Shown here one piece after another: positions 1-12,187 of a stretch of 64,000 nt of DNA (position 1 is the stretch's first letter; each line of letters starts with the position of its first letter). Location: the NCBI GenBank assembly GCA_035500055.1, contig DATJXO010000091.1, positions 1,197 to 65,196 of the forward strand, in the 5' to 3' direction. This DNA comes from Burkholderiales bacterium (GTDB lineage: Bacteria; Pseudomonadota; Gammaproteobacteria; Burkholderiales; SG8-39). The position numbers and the translations under genes were made by a program. The notes below the pieces were generated by a model. The model was not told the DNA's origin, did no database searches, and worked only from the letters and a program-made list of their open reading frames with translations.

Positions 1-2359
<2,359 letters not shown>

Positions 2360-2370
2360 CGGCCCTGAAA

Positions 2371-2407
2371 GCAAAAACGCCCGTTCAGCTTCTCGCAGAA
2401 ACGGGCG
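2371..2407 (-). terminator. Intrinsic-terminator-like hairpin plus T-run, about 12 nt upstream of the metH start (terminator of the upstream gene or an attenuator)
   Basis: Minus strand reads CGCCCGTT-14 nt loop-AACGGGCG followed by TTTTTGC. The stem is 8 bp. A second 7-bp hairpin (GCGGGAG/CTCCCGC) lies at 2417..2436. Confidence 0.55.
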
Positions 2408-2584
2408 CTCTAGGGTGCGGGAGACGAGCCTCCCGCTCTCTTGCTTCGCGTCTCTTTAGCCGTACTTGTTTTTCCCCGCCCATCGGCGGTGCGGCGCCCG
2501 CAAGCTGAACATCAAATCGGCGCGAGGAGTGGAAGTCTGCCCAACTTGCGGCTGGCGGTCAATTTTGGGCCGGGCGCCTGCCCC

Positions 2585-3556
2585 TCAATGCAGCCGCGGC
2601 TTCTTGAGGAATTCGCTGCGATCCGCGGAGCGGATGGCGATGCGGCTGGCGCTGCCGCGGCGCGAGACGGTGAGGGTGACCTCGGCCCCGGCGCGGCCGG
2701 TGCGCCAGATCCGGCGAAAGAGCTGCGCCAGGCCGGAAACCTTGTCGCCCTCGACCTCGAGCACGAGATCGCCCAGCTTGACGCCGGCTTTCTCGGCCGG
2801 TCCGTTGGGCGCAAGGCCGCCGATCACCAGCTGGCCTTCCATTTCGGTGGCGTAGACGCCGAGCCAGGGACGCGGCGGGCGCGCCGCTCGTCCCAGCGCC
2901 AGCATCTCCTCCAGGATCGGCTCGACGAGATCGATCGGGACGAACATGTTGCCGTCGACCTGCTTGCCGCCCGAGGATTCCTGCACCAGCAGCGATCCCA
3001 CGCCGAGCAGCTTGCCCTCGGACGAGAGCAGCGCCGCGCCGCCCCACTGCGGGTGCGCCGGAGCGGTGAACAGCGCCTCGTCCAGCACGTATTCCCAGTA
3101 GCCCGCGAACTCGCGCTTGGCGATGATGCGGGTCTTGAGGGAGTGCGCGCGCCCGCCGTGGCCGACGACGATGACTTCGTCGCCCGGCCCGGCGTCGGCG
3201 ATCGTGCCCCGCTCTACGGGGCGCGCGCCGAGCGGGCCCAGCGGCAGCACCAGGCCGAAGCCGGTGGCCATGTCGTACGCCAGCGCGTGGCCCTGCACCA
3301 CCGCGCCGCGGTTGTTCGTCAGCCAGATCGTCTCCGCCTCGGTGATCAGGTAGCCGATGGTGAGCACCAGCCCGTCGTCGCGGATCACGATGCCGTTGCC
3401 GGCACGCTGCGTGCCTAGCAGCGGCGCGGTGTAGGCGTCCTCCGGGATCTCGGAGCGCAGCAGCAGCACCGCGTCGAGCGCCGCGGCGAGGTCGAACGGC
3501 GTGCCGTCCGGATCCGGCTGCAGCGCCGCGGGAAAGGACCAGGTGCTCTCGGCCAT
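2585..3556 (-). CDS. Trypsin-fold (S1C/HtrA-like) + PDZ protein, apparently lacking the catalytic His and Ser
   Basis: Start re-set to MAESTWSF (ATG 3556), 2 nt after the pobA stop. The C-terminal PDZ-like segment is GVYATEMEGQLVIGGLAPNGPAEKAGVKLGDLVLEVEG. The HtrA GNSGG position reads PQWGGAAL and the TNxHV position reads TIGYLI. Confidence 0.8.
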   Translation of the reverse strand: MAESTWSFPAALQPDPDGTPFDLAAALDAVLLLRSEIPEDAYTAPLLGTQRAGNGIVIRDDGLVLTIGYLITEAETIWLTNNRGAVVQGHALAYDMATGFGLVLPLGPLGARPVERGTIADAGPGDEVIVVGHGGRAHSLKTRIIAKREFAGYWEYVLDEALFTAPAHPQWGGAALLSSEGKLLGVGSLLVQESSGGKQVDGNMFVPIDLVEPILEEMLALGRAARPPRPWLGVYATEMEGQLVIGGLAPNGPAEKAGVKLGDLVLEVEGDKVSGLAQLFRRIWRTGRAGAEVTLTVSRRGSASRIAIRSADRSEFLKKPRLH

Positions 3557-3558
3557 CG

Positions 3559-5203
<1,645 letters not shown>

Positions 5204-6541
5204 ATGGGCTCGACGGTCTTCGATTCGGCGCTCTATCGCGACATGTTCGGCACGGCGCCGATGCGCGCCGTGTTCTCCGACGAGGGATTCCTCGCGCGCT
5301 GCCTCGAAGTCGAGGCCGCGCTCGCGCGCGCCCAGGCCGGCCTCGGCCTGATCCCCGCCGCGGCGGCGAGCGAAATCAGCGCCAAGGCCAAAGCCGCGGC
5401 GCTCGACCCGGAGCGGCTCAAGCGCGACACCGAGGTCGTCGGCTATCCCATCCTGCCGCTGGTCCGGCAGCTGGCGGCGGCCTGCGCCGGCGACGCGGGC
5501 CGCTACGTGCACTGGGGCGCGACCACGCAGGACATCATGGACAGCGCGCTCGTGCTCCAGCTGCGCGCGGCGCTGCAGCTCGTGGAGGCCGATCTGGCCG
5601 AGGTGTCCGCGGCGCTGGCGGCGCTCGCGCGCCGGCATCGGGACACGCCGATGGCGGGTCGCACCCACCTGCAGCAGGCGCTGCCGATCACCTTCGGCTT
5701 CAAGGCGGCGGTGTGGCGCGCGCCCGTCGAGCGCCACCGCGAGCGGCTCGCGCAGATGCGGCCGCGCGTGCTGGTGGGCCAGTTCGGCGGCGCGGCGGGC
5801 ACCCTCGCCTCGCTGGGCCGGGACGGCCTCGCGGTTCGCGCCGCGCTGATGCGCGAGCTCGGCCTCGCCGAGCCGGAAATCACCTGGCACGTCGCGCGCG
5901 ACGGCATTGCGGAGGCGGTGCTGTTCGCCGGCCTGGTGACCGGCTCGCTTGCCAAGATCGCCACCGACGTCATGCTGATGATGGCGACCGAGCTGGGCGA
6001 AGCCTTCGAGCCGTTCGAGCACGGGCGCGGCGGCAGCAGCACCATGCCGCAGAAGCGCAATCCGATTTCGTCGGAGCTGATCGTCGCCTGCGCCAAGCTG
6101 GCGCGCCAGCACGGCGCGTTGATGCTGGACGCGATGGTGCAGGACTTCGAGCGCGCGACCGGCCCCTGGCACGCCGAGTGGATCGCGGTGCCCGAGAGCT
6201 TCCTGGCGATGGCCGGCGCGCTTAGGCAGGCGAAGCTGATGCTCGCCGGGCTCACGGTGGACGCCGGCCGCATGGCGCGCAACCTCGGCATGACCTCGGG
6301 GCTGATCGTGGCGGAAGCCGTCATGATGGGCCTCGCGCCCAGGCTCGGCCGGCAGACCGCGCACGACGTCGTCTACGACGCCTGCCGCGCCGCGGCCGAA
6401 GGCGAGCGCCCGCTGCTCGAGCTGCTCGCCGCCGACCCTCAGGTGGCGCCGCACTTCACGCGGCCTGAGCTCGAGCGGCTGCTCGACCCGAGCAACTACC
6501 TCGGCAGCGCCGGCGCGATGGTGGACCGTGCGCTGCGCTGA
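5204..6541 (+). CDS. pcaB: 3-carboxy-cis,cis-muconate cycloisomerase
   Basis: Fumarate-lyase superfamily signature GSSTMPQKRNP. Matches PcaB-type blocks RYVHWGATTQDIMDSALVLQLR, TPMAGRTHLQQALPITFG and LLDPSNYLGSAG. Confidence 0.88.
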   Translation: MGSTVFDSALYRDMFGTAPMRAVFSDEGFLARCLEVEAALARAQAGLGLIPAAAASEISAKAKAAALDPERLKRDTEVVGYPILPLVRQLAAACAGDAGRYVHWGATTQDIMDSALVLQLRAALQLVEADLAEVSAALAALARRHRDTPMAGRTHLQQALPITFGFKAAVWRAPVERHRERLAQMRPRVLVGQFGGAAGTLASLGRDGLAVRAALMRELGLAEPEITWHVARDGIAEAVLFAGLVTGSLAKIATDVMLMMATELGEAFEPFEHGRGGSSTMPQKRNPISSELIVACAKLARQHGALMLDAMVQDFERATGPWHAEWIAVPESFLAMAGALRQAKLMLAGLTVDAGRMARNLGMTSGLIVAEAVMMGLAPRLGRQTAHDVVYDACRAAAEGERPLLELLAADPQVAPHFTRPELERLLDPSNYLGSAGAMVDRALR

Positions 6542-7665
6542 CGGCTGTCGGCGATGTGCGCGCCGATGCGCCGGGCGGCGGCGCTGATCTCGCGCAGCAG
6601 CCCGGTCAGCGGCGTCGCGAAGCCGATCAAGTACAGCCCTGGCCGCGGCGCGATCCCGCCGTGCCGCGCGCGCCCATGCGCGTCCACCAGCTCCTCGGCG
6701 TCATCCAGCAGGCGCTCCAGGCCCGGCCGGTATCCGGTCGCGAGCACCACCGCATCGTAGGCGGTGCGGCTGTCGTCGACGAAAACCACCGCGTCGCGGT
6801 CGAAGCGCTCGATGCCCTTGCGCACGGCGATGTCCCCGCGCTTGATGCGCGCGAGCGTACCGATGTCGATCAACGGGATGCGGCCGTGCTCGACGATGCC
6901 GCGCAGCGGGCCGTAGTCCGGCCGCGCGATCCCCCAGGGCGAGAGATCGCCGACGCTGAGCTTCAGCGTCGCTTGCGCGATGACGTCCGCCAGCCCGAGC
7001 GGCAGACGGGCGAGCGCGATCGTCGGCACCGGCGTGGGCAGGCCGAGCGTGTCGCGCCGCGTGACATGCAGCGCGGCGCGCACGCACAGATCGGCGCGCG
7101 CGCCGTGCTCCGCGAGGTCGAGCGCGATTTCCGCCCCCGAGTTGCCGGCGCCGACCACCAGCACGCGCCGGTCGCGCCAGCGCGCCCCGTTGCGGTAGGC
7201 GGAGCTGTGCAGCAGCTCGCCGGCGTAGCCGTCCATGCCGGGCCAACGCGGCGTGACCGGCACGGCGTTGAGCCCGGTCGCGACCACCGCACGCTCGGCC
7301 ACCCAGTCGCCCTGATCGGTGCGCACGCGCCAGCCGGAGCGGTCCGCCTCCGGCTCCAGGCGCGTGACCGTGACACCGAAGCGGGGCGCAATTCCGAAGC
7401 GCGAGGCGTACGCCGTCAGATAGTCGATCACCTGAGCGCGCGCCGGATAGGTTGGCGCGTCCCTCGGGAACGCCATGCCCGGCAGGGAGGAGAAGCGCTT
7501 GGCGGTGTGCAGATGCAGGCGATCGTAGTGCCGATGCCAGGCCGGCGCGATGGCGCGCTCGCGCTCCACGATGTCGAAAGGCACGCCGCGGGCGCGAAGC
7601 TCGCCCGCCACCGCCAGCCCCGCGGGACCCGCGCCGACGATCAAGGTATCGAGCTGCCGCACCAT
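6496..7665 (-). CDS. Class B flavin-containing monooxygenase-like NAD(P)/FAD oxidoreductase
   Basis: Two dinucleotide-binding motifs, IVGAGPAGLA (N-terminus) and VVGAGNSGAEIA (middle). 389 aa. Confidence 0.85.
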   Translation of the reverse strand: MVRQLDTLIVGAGPAGLAVAGELRARGVPFDIVERERAIAPAWHRHYDRLHLHTAKRFSSLPGMAFPRDAPTYPARAQVIDYLTAYASRFGIAPRFGVTVTRLEPEADRSGWRVRTDQGDWVAERAVVATGLNAVPVTPRWPGMDGYAGELLHSSAYRNGARWRDRRVLVVGAGNSGAEIALDLAEHGARADLCVRAALHVTRRDTLGLPTPVPTIALARLPLGLADVIAQATLKLSVGDLSPWGIARPDYGPLRGIVEHGRIPLIDIGTLARIKRGDIAVRKGIERFDRDAVVFVDDSRTAYDAVVLATGYRPGLERLLDDAEELVDAHGRARHGGIAPRPGLYLIGFATPLTGLLREISAAARRIGAHIADSRQRSARSTIAPALPR

Positions 7666-7693
7666 CGGCAGGCGCCGAGCTACGCGACGGCGG

Positions 7694-8809
7694 CTAGGCC
7701 GTTCCCCAGACTTCGTCCGCGGTCTCGATCACCAGGCGGAGCTTGTCGCGCTGCGCCTCGACCGCGATCTTGTTGCCGTGCACGGTGCTGGAGAAGCCGC
7801 ACTGCGGCGACAGCGCGAGCTGCTCGAGCGGCGCGTAGCGGGCGGCTTCGTCGATGCGGCGCTTCAGGTCGTCCTTCTTCTCCAGCTGCCCGAGCTTGGT
7901 GGTGACTAGTCCCAGCACCACGATCTTGTCCTTGGGCAGGAAGCGGAGCGGCTTGAAGTCGCCCGAGCGCGCGTCGTCGTATTCGAGGAAGTAGGCGTCG
8001 ACGTCCATCTCCGAGAGCAGCGCCTCGGCCACCGGCTCGTAGCCGCCCTGCGCCGCCCAGGTGCTCTGGAAATTGCCGCGACACAGGTGGATCGCGAGCG
8101 TCATGCTGGCCGGCTTTTTCGCGACGACGCGGTTGATGAACTTGGCGTAGCGGTGCGGCAGCTCGTTGGGGTCGTCGCCCCGCGCTCGCGCCGCGTCGCG
8201 CATCTTGTCGTCGCAGAGGTAGGCGAGGTTGGTGTCGTCCATCTGGACGTAGGTGCAGCCCGCCCTGGCGAGGGAGGCGAGCTCCTCGCCGTAGGCCTTG
8301 GCGACGTCCTCGTAGAAGTAGGGCTCGAGCTCCGGATAGTGCTCCCTGCTGATCCCGGCGCGGCCGCCGCGGAAGTGCAGCATGGTGGGCGACGGGATGG
8401 TGACCTTCGGCGTGCGCGCGGTGTACGCCTTCAGGTACTGGAAGTCGGCGAGCTGGATGTCCTTCGCGTGGCGTACCTTGCCGACCACGCGCATCACCGG
8501 CGGCGCGAGCTCCTCGGTGCCGTCCGGCTTTTTCACCATCACCGGAATGTCGGTCTTGACGCCGCCCAGCTGCTCGAGGAAGTCGATGTGGAAGTAGGTG
8601 CGGCGGAACTCGCCGTCGGTGATCGACTGCAGCCCGACGTCCTCCTGGAACCGGATGATCTCGGTGATCGCCCTGTCCTCGATCCCGCGTAGCGCCGCGG
8701 CGTCGATCTCCCCGCGCGCTTTCTTCTCGCGCGCCTCGAGCAGGTACTTCGGCCTGAGGAAGCTGCCTACGTGATCGGCTCGGAATGGCGGGGTGGTGCG
8801 CTTTGCCAT
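7694..8809 (-). CDS. MetE C-terminal-domain-like Zn-dependent alkyl/methyltransferase (cobalamin-independent methionine synthase family, short form)
   Basis: Start re-set to MAKRTTPPFRADHVGSFLRP (ATG 8809). Zn-ligand pattern present: IHLCRGN (H-x-C) and SPQCGFSS (C). 371 aa. Confidence 0.85.
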   Translation of the reverse strand: MAKRTTPPFRADHVGSFLRPKYLLEAREKKARGEIDAAALRGIEDRAITEIIRFQEDVGLQSITDGEFRRTYFHIDFLEQLGGVKTDIPVMVKKPDGTEELAPPVMRVVGKVRHAKDIQLADFQYLKAYTARTPKVTIPSPTMLHFRGGRAGISREHYPELEPYFYEDVAKAYGEELASLARAGCTYVQMDDTNLAYLCDDKMRDAARARGDDPNELPHRYAKFINRVVAKKPASMTLAIHLCRGNFQSTWAAQGGYEPVAEALLSEMDVDAYFLEYDDARSGDFKPLRFLPKDKIVVLGLVTTKLGQLEKKDDLKRRIDEAARYAPLEQLALSPQCGFSSTVHGNKIAVEAQRDKLRLVIETADEVWGTA

Positions 8810-10251
8810 GGTTCTCTCTCCGGATTCTGGTCGTTGCGCAGGTAGGCGCCCTGCTTCGCGAGGATGCTTTGGAGCTCGGCCGCGTCGACCGCGCGCGGCT
8901 CCACCCCGCGGTCCGCGGCGAGCGCCGCGGCGGCGCCCGCGGCCTGCCCGGTGACCCAGCATTGCGGTATCTCGCGCATGAAGCCATGGGAGTTCGGGTC
9001 GCAGGAGACGTGCCGTCCGCAGGCGAGCAGGCCGTCGAGCGCCTCCGGCACGAGGCAGCCGTAGGGGATCGAAAGGTTCGGGAATTTCGGCGACACGCTC
9101 GGCGTGACGCCGATCTCGTCCCGCAGCACCTCTCCCGAGGGCCATTGCGCGCGCGCGATCCGCGCGGCGCCGCGCAGGCGGCGGGAATGCCGTACCCCGA
9201 GCTGGGGCGCCGAGAGGAAGAGGTATGCGTTCTCGAAGCCCGGCGCGTGGGCGCGGTAGAACTCCAGGTGCTGCGCCATCAGGCGATGGGAGCGCACCTC
9301 GACCTCGGTCTGGTCGTCGACGTCGAGCGCGGAAAAGCCGGACTGGCGCGGGCCCATGAAGAGCGCGATGTCGTCGCGCCACGAGACGAACGGCTTCTCG
9401 AAGGCGCGCAGCCGCTCGCGGCCGCGCTGCATGAACTGCTGGAACTCGGCCGCGTGAGAGGCGCGCCACTCGAGCCAGCGCGGCATGTCGACGCCGCCGA
9501 GGAGCCAGGCCGTATTCATGCAGTGGTGGATGTCCTCGGCCTCGATGTCGGACTCGAACGCGGCGCCGGCGCGCGCAAACAGGTCGCCGTCGCCGGTCGC
9601 GTCCACCACCACCTTCGCGCGCACCGCCTGGCGGCCGGCCTTGCTCTCGAAGATCGCCCCGCGCACCCGCCCGTCCTGCATGAGCGGTGCGGCGGCCCAG
9701 GTGTGGAACGCCAGATGAACGCCCTGTTCCAGGACAATTTCCTGCGAGGCGAGCTTGAGGCGCTCCGGGTCGATGGTCGGCGACCAGGTGACGATGCCGT
9801 GCCACGCCGCCGTGCGCAGCGCCCAGTGCGCCGCGCGCGCCGGCTCGCGCGAGCCCCATTCCTCCGGCTTCGGGCCGGCGACGGCGTCCGCCGGCAGGCG
9901 CTCGAGGATCTCCTCGGCGAAGCCCCGGATCACGCACTGCCCGTTCCAGTCGGTCATGCGGTCGATCCAGATCACCAGCCCGCCGGTCGAGAGGCCGCCG
10001 AGGTGGTTGTACCGCTCGAGCAGCACGACCTCCGCGCCGCGCCGCGCGGCGGCGACCGCCGCCGCGGTGCCCGAAGGCCCGCCGCCGACGACCAGCACGT
10101 CGCAGTCTCGATAGACGGGGATCCTGCGCGCCGCTTCCTCGACCGACCCGAGCTCGCGGCGCGCCTCGCGCCGCCGCTGCTCGCCGAAGATCTCGACGTC
10201 GAAGATCTCGGACGAGAGGATCCGCTCCTCGGTGGGTTTTCTCTCCTTCAC
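8767..10251 (-). CDS. FAD-dependent oxidoreductase (GxGxxG flavoprotein, unknown substrate)
   Basis: DVLVVGGGPSGTAAAVAAARRGAEVVLLERYNHLGG, 494 aa, GTG start. The 3' end overlaps the next gene by 43 nt. Confidence 0.8.
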   Translation of the reverse strand: MKERKPTEERILSSEIFDVEIFGEQRRREARRELGSVEEAARRIPVYRDCDVLVVGGGPSGTAAAVAAARRGAEVVLLERYNHLGGLSTGGLVIWIDRMTDWNGQCVIRGFAEEILERLPADAVAGPKPEEWGSREPARAAHWALRTAAWHGIVTWSPTIDPERLKLASQEIVLEQGVHLAFHTWAAAPLMQDGRVRGAIFESKAGRQAVRAKVVVDATGDGDLFARAGAAFESDIEAEDIHHCMNTAWLLGGVDMPRWLEWRASHAAEFQQFMQRGRERLRAFEKPFVSWRDDIALFMGPRQSGFSALDVDDQTEVEVRSHRLMAQHLEFYRAHAPGFENAYLFLSAPQLGVRHSRRLRGAARIARAQWPSGEVLRDEIGVTPSVSPKFPNLSIPYGCLVPEALDGLLACGRHVSCDPNSHGFMREIPQCWVTGQAAGAAAALAADRGVEPRAVDAAELQSILAKQGAYLRNDQNPEREPWQSAPPRHSEPIT

Positions 10252-10269
10252 GGTTTTCGGAGCGGATTC

Positions 10270-10800
10270 CTAGAGATCAAAGAACACGGTTTCGCCGGGT
10301 CCCTGCAGCACCACGTTCCATTCCAGAGAGTCTCCCTTCCGCTTCGCGACGAGCGTCTGTCGCCGATCGGCCGGCACCAGGGCGAGGACCGGGTCTTCGG
10401 CGTTTGCCGGGTCGTCCGGAAAGTAGATGCGGCTCACCAGCTGCTTCAGCTGCCCGCGCATGAATATGTTGGCGGCGACATGCGGCGCCTGCAGCTTGCC
10501 GCCGGGCCCGGGCACGCGCCCCGGCTTTATGGTGCGGAACCGGAAGCGCCCGGCCGCGTCGGTTGCCGAGCGGCCGAAGCCGCGGAAGCCTTTCGCCCCG
10601 TAGCGGCCCGCCGCGTCGGCCTGCCAGATCTCGACCAGCGCGTCGTCTACCGGCTTGCCGTCGCCGTCGACGACGCGGCCCTCGAGGGTGATGCGCTCGC
10701 CCGCGGCACCGGCGGGGGCGAGATCCTCGGTGATGAGCCATGTCAGGCCGATGTGCAGGTAGGGGCCGACGGTCTGGGAGGTGGTCGCGTGCAGGCTCAT
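10270..10800 (-). CDS. pcaG: Protocatechuate 3,4-dioxygenase alpha subunit
   Basis: TTSQTVGPYLHIGL..., VEIWQADAAGRY, APHVAANIFMRG. ATGA overlap with pcaH. Confidence 0.9.
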   Translation of the reverse strand: MSLHATTSQTVGPYLHIGLTWLITEDLAPAGAAGERITLEGRVVDGDGKPVDDALVEIWQADAAGRYGAKGFRGFGRSATDAAGRFRFRTIKPGRVPGPGGKLQAPHVAANIFMRGQLKQLVSRIYFPDDPANAEDPVLALVPADRRQTLVAKRKGDSLEWNVVLQGPGETVFFDL

Positions 10801-11531
10801 CGAGGATTCTCCATCGGCGTGTAATCCGGCCCGCGCAGCACGACGTCGAAGCGGTAGCCGAGCGCGATCTCCGGGAGGGTGGTTTCCCAGTCGAGCGCCG
10901 ACACCAGCCGCGACCGCGCTCGCTCGTCCGGCACGCAGTTGTACATCGGGTCTTCGGCGAGCAGCGGGTCGCCCGGGAAGTACATCTGCGTCACCAGGCG
11001 CGTGGCGAAGGCCGGGCCGAAGATCGAGAAGTGGATGTGCGCCGGGCGCCAGGCGTTGTAGTGGTTACGCCAGGGATATTCGCCAGGCCGGATGGTGACG
11101 AAGCGGTAGCGTCCCTCGGCGTCGGTCAGGCAGCGGCCGGCGCCGGTGAAGTTCGGGTCCGTCGGCGCGTCGTGCTGGTCCACCTTGTGCGGGTAGCGGC
11201 CCGCCGAATTCGCTTGCCAGACTTCGACCAGCGTGTGCGGCACCGGCCGCGCGTTCTCGTCGAGCACGCGGCCGGAGACGACGATGCGCTCGCCGATCGG
11301 GTCGCCGGCGTGCTGGCGGGTGAGGTCGGCGTCGCCCGGGCGCACTTCGTCGTGGCCGAACGCCGGGCCGCTCAGCTCGGTGAGCGTCTGCGGCACGATG
11401 ACCAGCGGGCGCGTCGGCGCGCGCTTCACGGTCGAGGCGTACCTCGGAAAAAGGTAGTCCGGCTGTGTGCCGGCGGCCGGCCGCCGGTAGGCGGTTACCT
11501 GGCCTTGGGGTTGCTCGAGTTCTCTTTTCAT
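10797..11531 (-). CDS. pcaH: Protocatechuate 3,4-dioxygenase beta subunit
   Basis: VEVWQANSAGRYPHK, RPGEYPWRNHYNAWRPAHIHFSIFG (Fe ligand region), 244 aa. Confidence 0.92.
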   Translation of the reverse strand: MKRELEQPQGQVTAYRRPAAGTQPDYLFPRYASTVKRAPTRPLVIVPQTLTELSGPAFGHDEVRPGDADLTRQHAGDPIGERIVVSGRVLDENARPVPHTLVEVWQANSAGRYPHKVDQHDAPTDPNFTGAGRCLTDAEGRYRFVTIRPGEYPWRNHYNAWRPAHIHFSIFGPAFATRLVTQMYFPGDPLLAEDPMYNCVPDERARSRLVSALDWETTLPEIALGYRFDVVLRGPDYTPMENPR

Positions 11532-11536
11532 CGTTT

Positions 11537-12187
11537 CTACTCCGCGTCAGGCTGCCTGGCGGGATGCGCGCGTTCGAAGGCGTCGAGCCCCATGCAGCCG
11601 GCGAATACCCGCATCACCGCGGGGAAGGCCGTAGTGTCGCACTGATAGCGCTGCGCGTTGAAGACCTGCGGCACCAGGCAGCAATCGGCAAGGGTCGGCG
11701 AATCGCCGTGGCAATAGGCGCCGGTGCCAACCGAGCCCTCGGGCTTGCGCTGCAGCTCGGCCTCTACGCGGGCCAGGCCGTCGGCGACCCAGTGCCGGTA
11801 CCAGGCGTCGACCTGCTCCTGGCTCCGGCCGAGCGCGCCCTTCAGGTGCTGCAGCACCCGCAGGTTGTTGATCGGGTGAATCTCGCAGGCGACCAGCAGC
11901 GCGATCGAGCGCACGCGCGCCCGCTCGAACGGATTCCTAGGCAGCAGCGGCGGCCGGGGGTGCGTTTCCTCCAGGTATTCGATGATTGCGAGCGACTGAT
12001 TGAGCAGGTGCCCATGGTCCTCCAGCGTCGGCAGCAGCGCCTGCGGATTGACCGTGCCGTACGCCGGCGCACGGTGCTCCCCCTTCGCCAGGTGCACGAA
12101 CGCCGGCTCGTAGGCGAGCCCCTTCAGGTTCAGCGCGATCCGCACGCGGAACGCGGCCGAGCTGCGGAAGTAGGTGTAGAGCCTCAT
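11537..12187 (-). CDS. maiA: Zeta-class glutathione S-transferase (maleylacetoacetate/maleylpyruvate isomerase-like)
   Basis: Start re-set to MRLYTYFRSSAAFRVRIALNLKGL (ATG 12187, ATGA overlap with the upstream stop). ...VNPQALLPTL... QSLAIIEYLEE. Confidence 0.85.
   Translation of the reverse strand: MRLYTYFRSSAAFRVRIALNLKGLAYEPAFVHLAKGEHRAPAYGTVNPQALLPTLEDHGHLLNQSLAIIEYLEETHPRPPLLPRNPFERARVRSIALLVACEIHPINNLRVLQHLKGALGRSQEQVDAWYRHWVADGLARVEAELQRKPEGSVGTGAYCHGDSPTLADCCLVPQVFNAQRYQCDTTAFPAVMRVFAGCMGLDAFERAHPARQPDAE

Noticed and set aside
2360-2584. SAH or cobalamin riboswitch upstream of metH
   Set aside because: By eye I could not find the conserved SAH cores (GAGGAGCGCUGC ... CAGGCUC ... AACGGCGCUC) or a B12 box. 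Only generic hairpins are present. Kept as a low-interest finding pending a covariance-model scan, not called as a riboswitch.
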